DNA of 32,000 nt from an uncultured Desulfurococcales archaeon (lineage in GTDB: Archaea > Thermoproteota > Thermoprotei_A > EX4484-217-1), in assembly GCA_964406965.1 (NCBI GenBank), contig CAYOTT010000004.1, forward strand, positions 115,790-147,789, written 5' to 3'. This document shows positions 16,432-27,356 of this stretch, piece by piece. Numbering within the stretch: the first letter of the stretch is position 1; each line of letters begins with the position of its first letter. The notes under the pieces are model-generated. The model saw only the letters and a program-made list of their open reading frames with translations, made no database searches and was not told where the DNA came from. The position numbers and the translations under genes are program-made.

Positions 16432-17019
16432 TCATTTCTCTATTAGCTTATGTCTCTTAAGCCTATTTTCCATCATACCTATTTCTTCTTGAGGAAAATA
16501 CTGTAGTAGTTTCGCTACTTTTTTCCTATTTAACTTAAGATAGCCTTCTTTAACCAATTGGCTTATTCTATTTAAGTCTTGGTCGTCTATGTCCCTACCT
16601 ATCCTTGACTTTAAAACAACATATGCTTCAAGTGTTAAGTGTTTCAGCTTATACTCTCCAACTCTAATGCTTCTTACCTCATTATTCACTATTTCCTGTG
16701 GTATGTAGAAGTCATGTATGTTCTCGTAGAAATCTATGAAGAACTCACCCATTTCCTTAGGTATAACGAGTCTAGGTGTTCCATAGTCAGTATATGCATA
16801 ATCCCAGCCTGCCATTAAAGCTATGTTTTTAAAAACATCTTCTTCAAGAAATGGGCTTCTATTTGTAACGAAAAAATCTAGATCTTCACTATCCTTAAAG
16901 AAACCTCCGAGCTCTAAAGAAACAATAGTGCTTCCAACAACAACAGCTTCTATATCGTTATCTTTAAGTAAAGGGAGAAGTTCGCTAAGCACCTCTCGAA
17001 GTTCGTCAAATAAAGGCAT
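16432..17019 (-). CDS. Nucleotidyltransferase-fold protein (minimal NTase, DUF2204-like)
   Basis: 195 aa. The N-terminal VVGSTIVSLELGG...SEDLDFFV matches the GS...[DE]xD NTase pattern. Family assignment is tentative. Confidence 0.5.
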   Translation of the reverse strand: MPLFDELREVLSELLPLLKDNDIEAVVVGSTIVSLELGGFFKDSEDLDFFVTNRSPFLEEDVFKNIALMAGWDYAYTDYGTPRLVIPKEMGEFFIDFYENIHDFYIPQEIVNNEVRSIRVGEYKLKHLTLEAYVVLKSRIGRDIDDQDLNRISQLVKEGYLKLNRKKVAKLLQYFPQEEIGMMENRLKRHKLIEK

Positions 17020-17118
17020 TAACTAAACACCTAAATAATTACATTCTAAATTCCAAGGGGTAACATAATATGTTCAAGTATTTAGAGTTAACGCACTAAA
17101 ACATAAGTTTACATAACA

Positions 17119-17125
17119 TTTTTAA
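17119..17125 (+). promoter_or_regulatory. Candidate TATA box for tRNA-Cys
   Basis: TTTTTAA starts 34 nt upstream of the mature 5' end. Confidence 0.35.
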
Positions 17126-17152
17126 CCGGAAACAAGAAAATCATAGAATGGA

Positions 17153-17262
17153 GCCGGGGTGCCCGAGCGGCCTAGGGGACGGGCTGCAGTGGAGTATTCC
17201 ACAAATTCCGCCCACCGGTAGAAACCCGTTTTACCCGGGTTCAAATCCCGGCCCCGGCTCCA
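17153..17262 (+). tRNA. tRNA-Cys: tRNA-Cys (anticodon GCA) with a 34-nt intron at 37/38 (17190-17223); U73 discriminator, CCA encoded
   Basis: Acceptor GCCGGGG/CCCCGGC, anticodon stem ACGGG (17179-83) / CCCGT (17225-29), loop CTGCAG|intron|A, 5-nt variable loop, T arm CCGGG-TTCAAAT-CCCGG, U73 (a Cys identity element). A BHB can be drawn with central helix CTGC/GTAG (17218-21) and 3-nt bulges at both splice sites. Confidence 0.8.
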
Positions 17263-17463
17263 TTAAAATACACTGTATCTTCTAAACTTTCTAAGAATTT
17301 TCTTTGCTGCGCTCCTACTTTTAACCCTAACAATAATGATGTCTCCTTGTTCTTCAATAATAAATCCTTTACTGTTGCTTAGCTTAACTATTTCTTCTCT
17401 AATATCGGACTTGAACACTAATACATAGTAACCTTCAGGATCAGGGGGGCCGATATCGCTCAT
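17263..17463 (-). CDS. Hypothetical small protein (66 aa)
   Basis: An ORF with basic C-terminus (KSRSAAKKILRKFRRY) lying between tRNA-Cys and tRNA-Trp. The stop abuts the tRNA-Cys 3' end. No family recognised. Confidence 0.4.
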   Translation of the reverse strand: MSDIGPPDPEGYYVLVFKSDIREEIVKLSNSKGFIIEEQGDIIIVRVKSRSAAKKILRKFRRYSVF

Positions 17464-17525
17464 AAGAGGTCACCCTTAAATAACTCGTGAAAACTTCATA
17501 ATAACGCTTAGGTATTTCCGCAACC

Positions 17526-17531
17526 TTTATA
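17526..17531 (+). promoter_or_regulatory. Candidate TATA box for tRNA-Trp
   Basis: TTTATA starts 34 nt upstream of the mature 5' end. Confidence 0.4.
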
Positions 17532-17559
17532 CGAACCCTTAATCCAACTACACTACTGA

Positions 17560-17697
17560 GGGCCCGTAGCTCAGCCAGGGAGAGCGGCGGGCTCCAGACC
17601 CGTTAAAGTACGGGTCTGCTGACCTTTAAGGGATGACTTAGGTCTGGAGCTGGGAGAGACCCGTAGGTCGGGGGTTCAAATCCCCCCGGGCCCACCA
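17560..17697 (+). tRNA. tRNA-Trp: tRNA-Trp (anticodon CCA) with a 61-nt intron (17598-17658 if placed at 37/38); CCA encoded
   Basis: Acceptor GGGCCCG/CGGGCCC, D arm GCTC/GAGC, anticodon stem GCGGG (17587-91) / CCCGT (17660-64), loop CTCCAG|intron|A, T arm GGGGG-TTCAAAT-CCCCC, A73, CCA. BHB: central helix CTCC (17592-95) / GGAG (17653-56) with AGA bulges at both junctions. Confidence 0.88.
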
Positions 17698-17798
17698 CAT
17701 ATAAACATTAGAACTTGGGCTCCTAATGGAGTAAATACCTTACTTTTTCTGAAAATTCAAATAACAATATTGTTAGAGTCTTTGAAGTTAAAAATGTT

Positions 17799-17963
17799 TT
17801 AGAACTTCCTTGCCCCTCTCTTTTTCGGTCTAAGATTTCTACTCTTACATCTTCTACACTTAGCTGCTCCGGGAGGATTTCTTGCACCACACTTTCTACA
17901 TATCCATACGTCTAAAAGTCTTGCCGCGGCTATCCTATATTTTACAGGATCTGTTATGGGCAT
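17799..17963 (-). CDS. rpl40e: 50S ribosomal protein L40e
   Basis: A 54-aa ORF below the ORF-track cutoff: MPITDPVKYRIAAARLLDVWICRKCGARNPPGAAKCRRCKSRNLRPKKRGARKF. It has the CxxC...CxxC zinc ribbon and N-terminal MPITDP typical of L40e. GAGG lies 9 nt upstream of the ATG. Confidence 0.88.
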   Translation of the reverse strand: MPITDPVKYRIAAARLLDVWICRKCGARNPPGAAKCRRCKSRNLRPKKRGARKF

Positions 17964-18166
17964 TTAAGTGTTCCTCAGTATGTAGTTATTTAGTATTCTA
18001 GCCCATTATAGTTTGGGGCAGAGATTTAAGCTTTATGGTAACCGAAAGAGAGATATAGGAGGGTTAATAATTTCTTTGAAGAAACTTGAAACAGAATCTC
18101 AAAAGGAGTAAAAACGATGGCTAATAGTGAAGACAATTTTGAGGTGATGGCAACACGAAACTGCCG

Positions 18167-18661
18167 ATGTGCACAGTATGTGTTAAGAGCGGAATACTGT
18201 GTCCGAGATGCCAGTCTCTTGTAGATCGCGGCGAATACGATGAAGTAGACATAAAAGTGCAGAAAACCTTACTTGAGATAGAAGAAAAAACACATTGGCC
18301 TCAACTAAAAGACCTAGTTTACCATAAAAGCTACAAAACAAATAATCTATATGTAATAGTTGTTTCCGGAAGCCAACTACCACCTTACTTCATAGCTAAA
18401 TTAGCCAGAAAGTTAAGTGAAAAACTCGAAGGAAAAGTCAGAATAGTTGAGAAAACAAGTAGCCTAAAGAAAATGGCAGCACAACTTTTCATACCAGCTA
18501 ATGTATTAGGAGTTAACATTCTATGGTTACCTGACGGATCATGGCAAAGCATCGTAAGAGTTTCAAGGAAGGACTCAAGACTATTACCGGCGAGAAAGGA
18601 ACACCTTGAAGACGTACTTACTCAACTAAGTGGCATGGTGGTTAAGATAAGGTTTGAATGA
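18167..18661 (+). CDS. Putative RNA-binding protein: N-terminal Zn ribbon plus NusA-like KH region
   Basis: 164 aa with CTVC...CPRC at the N-terminus. The C-terminal KVRIVEKTSSLKKMAAQLFIPANVLGVNILWLPDG...VRVSRKD resembles NusA-type KH segments. Assignment is by eye. Confidence 0.45.
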   Translation: MCTVCVKSGILCPRCQSLVDRGEYDEVDIKVQKTLLEIEEKTHWPQLKDLVYHKSYKTNNLYVIVVSGSQLPPYFIAKLARKLSEKLEGKVRIVEKTSSLKKMAAQLFIPANVLGVNILWLPDGSWQSIVRVSRKDSRLLPARKEHLEDVLTQLSGMVVKIRFE

Positions 18662-18724
18662 AACCTTATTTAGAATAAATTAAATTAAACTACACATTCT
18701 TTCATCCAAAGTAGAGGGTAAACT

Positions 18725-20038
18725 ATGGAAACTACTTACAAGAAATATTTCGCAAAAGACATAAAGCCTGAGCTTAACGGTAAAAAAGTTATTCTTGCAG
18801 GATGGGTTCACATAAAAAGAGACCTTGGAGGGAAAAAATTCCTGATTTTAAGGGATAAAACAGGAATAGTTCAGCTAATTTTTACTAAAGGAAAAACATC
18901 TGAAAACCTCATAAAAACATTCTATGAGCTTACAAGAGAGAGTGTAATAAAAGTTACTGGAGTAGTGAAGGCAACACCTAAAGCGCCAGGAGGAGCTGAA
19001 GTAGAACCCTTAGAAGTAGAAGTCTTAAACATAGCTAAAACCCCGCTTCCACTAGATGTGACAGGAAAAGTTCCAGCAGACTTAGACACTAGACTTAACA
19101 ATAGAGTTCTTGATTTAAGAAGAAAAGAAAGCCAAGCAATATTTAAAATACAAGACACCGTACTTAAAGCAATAAGGGAAAAGCTGAGGGAACTAGGATT
19201 TATAGAAGTTATTACACCAAAAATTATAGCAACAGCAACGGAAGGCGGAGCCCAACTATTCCCCGTAATATACTTTGGTAAAGAAGCTTTCCTAGCCCAA
19301 AGCCCACAGCTATATAAGGAATTACTCGCAGGAGCCTTTGAGAGAGTTTTCGAAATAGCTCCAGCATTTAGAGCTGAAGAATCGGACACACCATATCACC
19401 TTTCAGAGTTCATTTCAGTAGATATTGAAGCAGCCTTCATGAACTACCATGATGTAATGAGGGTTTTAGAAGAAGTAATAGATCATGTACTATTTAAGGT
19501 TAGGAAAGAGAATTCAGAAGACTTAAAAATTTTAAAATATGAAGACAAATTCCCAAAAATTAAGAGACCCATAAAGAAGATAACGTATGATGATGCAGTA
19601 GATTTACTTCAAGAACACGGATACCCTATTAAGAGAGAAGAAGACTTAGACACACCAGCTCAAAGGAAACTTGGAGAAATTATTGGAGAAACATTCTACT
19701 TCATCATAGACTGGCCTACAGCCACTAGACCCTTCTACACTATGCCTAAAAAAGATAATCTAGAAAGAACAGAGTCATTCGACATAGTATATAGCTGGCT
19801 TGAAATAGCTTCTGGAAGCACTAGAGTCCATACAAGAGACTTGCTTGAAAAACAACTTAGAAGACAAGGACTTAATCCAGAAAATTTCGAATACTTCCTA
19901 AAATGGTTTGATTGGGGAATGCCTCCTCATGCGGGCTGGGGACTAGGTCTTGGAAGACTTATGCTCATACTTACAGGTGTAAGAAACATTCGAGAGGTAG
20001 TGCTATTTCCAAGGGATAAGAAAAGACTTACACCATAA
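18725..20038 (+). CDS. aspS: Aspartyl-tRNA synthetase (archaeal/eukaryal type, class IIb)
   Basis: 437 aa: N-terminal OB anticodon-binding domain, class II motif 2 [15 protein letters not shown], motif 3 GWGLGLGRL. Confidence 0.9.
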   Translation: METTYKKYFAKDIKPELNGKKVILAGWVHIKRDLGGKKFLILRDKTGIVQLIFTKGKTSENLIKTFYELTRESVIKVTGVVKATPKAPGGAEVEPLEVEVLNIAKTPLPLDVTGKVPADLDTRLNNRVLDLRRKESQAIFKIQDTVLKAIREKLRELGFIEVITPKIIATATEGGAQLFPVIYFGKEAFLAQSPQLYKELLAGAFERVFEIAPAFRAEESDTPYHLSEFISVDIEAAFMNYHDVMRVLEEVIDHVLFKVRKENSEDLKILKYEDKFPKIKRPIKKITYDDAVDLLQEHGYPIKREEDLDTPAQRKLGEIIGETFYFIIDWPTATRPFYTMPKKDNLERTESFDIVYSWLEIASGSTRVHTRDLLEKQLRRQGLNPENFEYFLKWFDWGMPPHAGWGLGLGRLMLILTGVRNIREVVLFPRDKKRLTP

Positions 20039-20043
20039 CTTCG

Positions 20044-21315
20044 CTAAGAAACATACTCGTTCTTCATGATTTCCCTTAGAAACACAGTAGCATACATTCC
20101 TTTTTCTAAACAGAAGTGAATGCGTAAATTACTTTCCGAGCAAACATAAGATAGACCATGCATTATCATAGGTGATTTCCTTAAACCACCTTTAATTCTC
20201 ATATTTAATTCTTTAATTTTAAACATAGATAAGCTAATGTTTTCTTTATCAATAACCTCCCTAAGCATAGTGTGAGCTAATTGCTTACCTAATTTAGTAG
20301 CATATCCAACTAAAGGTAACAGAATATTCTCCTTACAGCGCAGCTTCCTCTTTTGAACTATTTTCTCATAGTATCCCTTAGAAAACACTGTGTCTCCTTC
20401 AATAGCAACATTGGGAGGTATGTCGTTTTCAAGTCTCTTACTAACGTACTCGTTAAAGATATAGGCTTGGTATGCTTCTACATAAATTTTCAGAATTCGC
20501 TTAGGTAAGGCATGAAGAGCTTCAAGATAGCTTCTCCCTTTAAGCAGTTCTTTAAGAACAATTCTTTCATAAACGAATTTTCTTGGAAAAAGCTCTAAAG
20601 CCTCCTTAGGGTTAAGGGTTTTTTCGAAAACTTTTCTTGCTTCATAGACTTGGGGGGCCTCCTTAGGGTGAGGGTTTCCTACAAGCTCAAGAACAGCTCC
20701 AAACCAGTCTCTCTTAACTATTTTCTCCCCTATCTTATGAGTATTTGGCCTAATAGTTCCAAACCTCTGATGGCCGAAATAAGGATACAGTCCTCCCATA
20801 GAGGAAATTTCATGTAAAACACTTTCTAAAGCATTATAGCATTTCTCTTCCTTAACATCCCTTATTACTAAGTAGAAGCTATTTCCCCAATTTTCACCTA
20901 AACTTATATGGTGGTCATGACATCTATAGAAAAATAATTTAACATTATTGTTTAAAGCAATAATGCATGGAAGTTTTTCCCTGTAGCTTCTGAAGCTTAT
21001 AAATTGATAGGTTACAGCATTAGCGTCCTTAAGTCCTGCATACCCTATTTTCCCTTTAGCACCTACTTTTCTCTTGACTATTTCTAAAGCTTCGAAAGTA
21101 TCTAATCCTTTCTTCTCAAGAATATAGACGAAGTATTTATTACAGCATACATAATTATTAGTGCATCTATGTATTGAAGAAGCTTCAACACCCCATAGGA
21201 TTTCTTTAACAAGAAAGTCTTTATACTTTAGCCTAACTCTACCTCCTATACCGTTAGTGAATGTTTGGTAGAAACGCATACCCATGCTTTTCTCGATAGG
21301 AGGCGGTGTTGGCAT
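20044..21315 (-). CDS. truD: tRNA pseudouridine synthase TruD/Pus7 family (Psi13)
   Basis: 423 aa. The N-terminal DFLVKE and the catalytic-Asp segment YAGLKDANAVTYQ are typical of TruD. Confidence 0.8.
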   Translation of the reverse strand: MPTPPPIEKSMGMRFYQTFTNGIGGRVRLKYKDFLVKEILWGVEASSIHRCTNNYVCCNKYFVYILEKKGLDTFEALEIVKRKVGAKGKIGYAGLKDANAVTYQFISFRSYREKLPCIIALNNNVKLFFYRCHDHHISLGENWGNSFYLVIRDVKEEKCYNALESVLHEISSMGGLYPYFGHQRFGTIRPNTHKIGEKIVKRDWFGAVLELVGNPHPKEAPQVYEARKVFEKTLNPKEALELFPRKFVYERIVLKELLKGRSYLEALHALPKRILKIYVEAYQAYIFNEYVSKRLENDIPPNVAIEGDTVFSKGYYEKIVQKRKLRCKENILLPLVGYATKLGKQLAHTMLREVIDKENISLSMFKIKELNMRIKGGLRKSPMIMHGLSYVCSESNLRIHFCLEKGMYATVFLREIMKNEYVS

Positions 21316-21327
21316 AGCTTACATCGC

Positions 21328-21690
21328 CTAAAGTAGCTTCAAATTACCGGTGATTTCATCTATTTTAGATAATTCATCCGGACCTATGCCGATACATGTT
21401 ATAGTTCCCGGCTCAAGCTGTGTTAAACCAGCATTCCTTATAATTACAGCGATTAAGCCCTTCTTTACAGCCTTCTCATAAACTTTAATTAGTTCTTCCA
21501 AACTTGAAACCTTTACTACAACCTTTTTCTGACCTTTTTTAAGCCATTCCTTGGCCATTTCAGGTTTGCTTCTAAGTGTTTTTACGAAACTTTCAACAGA
21601 AGCATGTGCTACCTGAGTAGCTAGTTTTCCTTTACCCATTTTCAAATCTGATCTAACAACAATTACCTGTTTTAGCTCCTCACATGTCAT
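21328..21690 (-). CDS. pth2: Peptidyl-tRNA hydrolase, archaeal type (Pth2)
   Basis: 120 aa with VVRSDLKMGKGKLATQVAHASV and the C-terminal TQLEPGTITCIGIGP pattern. Confidence 0.88.
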   Translation of the reverse strand: MTCEELKQVIVVRSDLKMGKGKLATQVAHASVESFVKTLRSKPEMAKEWLKKGQKKVVVKVSSLEELIKVYEKAVKKGLIAVIIRNAGLTQLEPGTITCIGIGPDELSKIDEITGNLKLL

Positions 21691-21769
21691 TGACAGCTCC
21701 CTTAACTAGATTGTTCTAGTAAGTTCACTATTTATTTCCTTAGCTAAACGTCAAGCTTAAATAATACAG

Positions 21770-22015
21770 GTGGATTTAAGCACATTAGCGTATACTGTGG
21801 GATATGCCTTGGCGTTTAATGCAAGGTTAAAAATAAGTGCTGTAGGGATAGCTACACCTATATGTACTAGTTGTAAAAGGCCAATACCTCCAACAGAGAA
21901 AGCAATAAAATTTACATGTCCAAATTGTGGAAAGGTAACCATTTGGAGATGCTATAGGTGTAGGAAACTTTCGGTACCATATAAATGTGTTAACTGCGGA
22001 TTCGAGGGACCTTAG
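21770..22015 (+). CDS. Zn-ribbon RNA-binding protein (COG2888/DUF1610-like) usually found upstream of aEF-1beta; start uncertain
   Basis: Four CxxC pairs: CTSC, CPNC, CYRC, CVNC...GP. The true start may be in-frame GTG 21797 or TTG 21809, because homologues are about 60 aa. Confidence 0.65.
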   Translation: MDLSTLAYTVGYALAFNARLKISAVGIATPICTSCKRPIPPTEKAIKFTCPNCGKVTIWRCYRCRKLSVPYKCVNCGFEGP

Positions 22016-22031
22016 AATAGGTGGTTTAGGT

Positions 22032-22304
22032 ATGGCAAAAATAGCCGTCATTATGAAAATATTTCCTAAAGACATCGAAGTAAACCTTGATGAATTAATC
22101 AATAAAATAAAGGCTAATCTCCCGGAAATATACGAGCTAAAGGATTATAGAAAGGAACCAATAGCCTTCGGACTTCAAGCACTTATAGTAAGCATAGTTA
22201 TGCCTGAGAACATTGAGGGAGGAACGGAAGAGTTGGAAAAAACCATTACAAACATTCCTGAAGTTGGAGAAGTAAGTGTAGAATACGTAAGTAGAATATC
22301 CTAA
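22032..22304 (+). CDS. ef1b: Elongation factor aEF-1 beta
   Basis: 90 aa starting at ATG 22032: MAKIAVIMKIFPKDIEVNLDEL...IAFGLQALIVSIVMPE...EVGEVSVEYVSRIS. The ORF-track start at 21987 overlaps the previous gene. Confidence 0.85.
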   Translation: MAKIAVIMKIFPKDIEVNLDELINKIKANLPEIYELKDYRKEPIAFGLQALIVSIVMPENIEGGTEELEKTITNIPEVGEVSVEYVSRIS

Positions 22305-22443
22305 AACATTCTTAAGATGAAGAAAACATCCTATAAACACTTTTTAGACGGACAGAAGAGAGAGACCAATCATTTAAAAACTTCCAGTTGTAAAAGACAT
22401 TAAAAGGGGTAGAGCAGAGTACATAGTTTACAGCTAAAGGTGA

Positions 22444-24660
<2,217 letters not shown>

Positions 24661-24799
24661 CACCCGAAAAGTCTTAATATTCTTTTTAATAAAGTTATTT
24701 GCTGGAATAAAATTAGATTAATTCTAATACATTACCTGTTCAGCAGTGTACAGCGCAGTTTTAGTTAACTGCACAACAGAGGTTTGAGATGATTTAGCA

Positions 24800-25033
24800 A
24801 TGACTGTATGGAACCCTGAACCCTTAGTGAACATAATATTAGCTCTACTTAAAGTTTCGAGGGATGGAAGATTAAGGGAGGATGAAATACTTAGAATGTT
24901 GAAATATACGTACTCTGAAATTTCAAGAAAAGAACTTATTAAAACATTAATGATTCTAGAAATTAGAGGCTTAATAAGGGTTTTTCTCGCTAAAGAGGAC
25001 CTTTTAATTGCTGAACTGGCTAAAGAAGATTAA
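24800..25033 (+). CDS. Hypothetical small protein (77 aa), possibly winged-helix
   Basis: ORF with LRMLKYTYSEISRKELIKTLMILEIRGLIRV, a wHTH-like pattern. No family recognised. Confidence 0.4.
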   Translation: MTVWNPEPLVNIILALLKVSRDGRLREDEILRMLKYTYSEISRKELIKTLMILEIRGLIRVFLAKEDLLIAELAKED

Positions 25034-25101
25034 AAAGAACTTAATCAATGGCAGAATAAGAAATAAAAGACTTAAGAATTTTACACTCCTATGGGAGAAG
25101 A

Positions 25102-26151
25102 GTGGTGGGAGTTAATCTTAAAGAACTCATTCCAGACTCAGCAAAGAAAACCTTAGAACTAGTTGAGCTTAAGGGAAAAGTGGTTAGCATAGACGGATAT
25201 AATGCATTATATCAGTTTCTTACAGCAATAAGGCAACCTGATGGAACACCCTTAAAGGACAGTAAAGGTAGAATAACAAGTCACTTAAGCGGCCTTTTCT
25301 ATAGAACAATAAACCTTATGGAGCATGGAATAAAGCCTGTTTACGTTTTCGACGGAAAACCTCCAGAACTAAAAGCGATAGAAATTGCTCGAAGAAAAAA
25401 GGTTAAAGAGGAAGCTGTTAAGAAGTACGAAGAAGCACTAGTTAAAGGTGATTTGGAAGCAGCAAAACGTTACGCGCAAATGGCTTCTAAACTAACGGAA
25501 GACATGGTTGAAACAGCAAAGAAACTATTAACTGCTATGGGTATTCCATGGGTTCAAGCTCCAGCTGAAGGAGAAGCTCAAGCAGCTTATATGGCAGCTA
25601 GAGGTGATGTTTGGGCTGCTGGAAGCCAAGACTACGACTCCTTACTTTTCGGAGCACCAAAACTAGTGAGAAACTTAACAATAACGGGTAGAAGGAAACT
25701 TCCGAGAAAAGATGTTTACATCGAAATAAAGCCTGAACTCATCTACTTAGATAAACTGCTTAGCTCACTAGGTATAAGTAGAGAACAGCTCATAGACATA
25801 GCGATTCTTTTAGGAACAGACTATAATCCAGAAGGAGTAAAGGGAGTAGGTTCTAAAACAGCTTTAAAATACATTAAAACCTATGGTTCTTTAGAAAAAG
25901 TTTTGAAAGTTATCAAAGCAGATTTCCCCGTTGATCCGTTAAAAATAAAGGAGTACTTTCTAAAACCGCCTGTAACAGATAATTATAGTATCGAGTGGAA
26001 AGAGCCAAATAGAGATGAAGTAGTAAAAATATTAGTTTACGAACACGACTTTTCAGAAACTAGAGTTAATAATGCATTAAATAGATTAGAGAAAGCATAT
26101 AGGGAACATATTAAAACTAGACAGTTAGGATTAGATATGTGGTTTAGGTAA
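25102..26151 (+). CDS. fen: Flap endonuclease FEN-1
   Basis: 349 aa with the XPG-N ([11 protein letters not shown]), XPG-I ([13 protein letters not shown]...[10 protein letters not shown]), H3TH and C-terminal PIP-like LGLDMWF motifs. Confidence 0.92.
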   Translation: MVGVNLKELIPDSAKKTLELVELKGKVVSIDGYNALYQFLTAIRQPDGTPLKDSKGRITSHLSGLFYRTINLMEHGIKPVYVFDGKPPELKAIEIARRKKVKEEAVKKYEEALVKGDLEAAKRYAQMASKLTEDMVETAKKLLTAMGIPWVQAPAEGEAQAAYMAARGDVWAAGSQDYDSLLFGAPKLVRNLTITGRRKLPRKDVYIEIKPELIYLDKLLSSLGISREQLIDIAILLGTDYNPEGVKGVGSKTALKYIKTYGSLEKVLKVIKADFPVDPLKIKEYFLKPPVTDNYSIEWKEPNRDEVVKILVYEHDFSETRVNNALNRLEKAYREHIKTRQLGLDMWFR

Positions 26152-26838
26152 CTAATCCTCTTCCCAGCCATGTTCACCAACGAGGGGTACGAAAACACAA
26201 GGTGTTATAGATTCTCTTACAAACTCATTTCGGCCTTTTTTCTCAATAACATACAGGTGTTGTAGGTATCTTGACCCAATAGGTATGATAAGCTTGCCCC
26301 CTACCTTAAGCTGGTCAAGCAGGGGCTTAGGAGGTTTAGGAGCAGCTGCTGTAACTATTATTCTATCATATGGTGCTTCCTTAGAGTATCCAAGTGTTCC
26401 ATCACCTACAATTACTGTAACCCTGTCAGCGTAGCCTGCTTTTCTAAGATTTTTAATAGCGAACTCTGCTAACTCAGGTATTCGCTCTATAGTGTATACA
26501 TGTCCTTTTTCAAGAGAATCTTTTGGAGCAATTATTTCGGCAATAACTGCTGCATGATATCCTGATCCAGTTCCTATTTCTAAAACTCTATGGCCAACCT
26601 CTAAATCTGCAATCTCACACATAAGAGCGACCATGTGGGGTGCACTAATCGTTTGCCCCTTCAGTATAGGCAGTGGTGAGTCTATGTAAGCATACTTCCT
26701 ATATTCAGGTAGTACAAATTCTTCGCGAGGAACTTTAAGCATGGCCTTCTTAACTTTTTCAGAGCGAATAACACCTTCAAGTTCTAAGCGTTCAATAAGC
26801 TTCTTCCTTTCACTTACAAAACCTATTTCTCCTACCAA
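26152..26838 (-). CDS. pcm: Protein-L-isoaspartate O-methyltransferase
   Basis: 228 aa with TISAPHMVA, the SAM motif [14 protein letters not shown], and GGKLIIPIG. Confidence 0.9.
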   Translation of the reverse strand: MVGEIGFVSERKKLIERLELEGVIRSEKVKKAMLKVPREEFVLPEYRKYAYIDSPLPILKGQTISAPHMVALMCEIADLEVGHRVLEIGTGSGYHAAVIAEIIAPKDSLEKGHVYTIERIPELAEFAIKNLRKAGYADRVTVIVGDGTLGYSKEAPYDRIIVTAAAPKPPKPLLDQLKVGGKLIIPIGSRYLQHLYVIEKKGRNEFVRESITPCVFVPLVGEHGWEED

Positions 26839-26918
26839 TTCTGTAACTCCCTAACAATACATTTTCAACATTAACCTTATATTTATCACGTAACTCGCTT
26901 ATAACATAGTGGTATATT

Positions 26919-27356
26919 ATGAAAATAGCTTTGGAAAGGATAAAAGCAAAAGGTCATCCCAACGTTAAAGCAACACATAAGATAACATTTGAAATAACTA
27001 AGGAAAACTGGCTTACACCGCGAGGAGACTGCATTATAGCTATAAAGGCGTCTAAGTCGCCTAGTGAATTCAATAGTGAGCTTAAGAACCTTTTAAGAAG
27101 AGACGACACCATCACCATAGTTGTTCTTCTAACCAAAAACGCATACGATTACGTTATAGGCAAGGGTTCTTCAAAACTAACCTTAAGCGATAAAGTAAGG
27201 GCTGTTTTTAGAAAAAGCACTCATACTTCATCGAACACCGTGGCCATAAATGTTAATAAAGCAGCTAAGGACTTGAAAAGAAACCTCATAGATGATTTAA
27301 GGAAAGGATTAGAACTTGACGTAATAATTTTAGCACTAAATCCTCATGTAACATAA
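26919..27356 (+). CDS. DUF371-family protein
   Basis: 145 aa with AKGHPNVKATHKITFEITKE..LTPRGDCIIAI, characteristic of archaeal DUF371. Confidence 0.6.
   Translation: MKIALERIKAKGHPNVKATHKITFEITKENWLTPRGDCIIAIKASKSPSEFNSELKNLLRRDDTITIVVLLTKNAYDYVIGKGSSKLTLSDKVRAVFRKSTHTSSNTVAINVNKAAKDLKRNLIDDLRKGLELDVIILALNPHVT

Noticed and set aside
17153-17262. The tRNA first read as class II (Leu/Ser) because of the GCCCGAGCGG D-arm and its long length
   Set aside because: The extra length is explained by a 34-nt canonical intron. After its removal the variable loop is 5 nt, the anticodon is GCA and the discriminator is U73, which fits tRNA-Cys.
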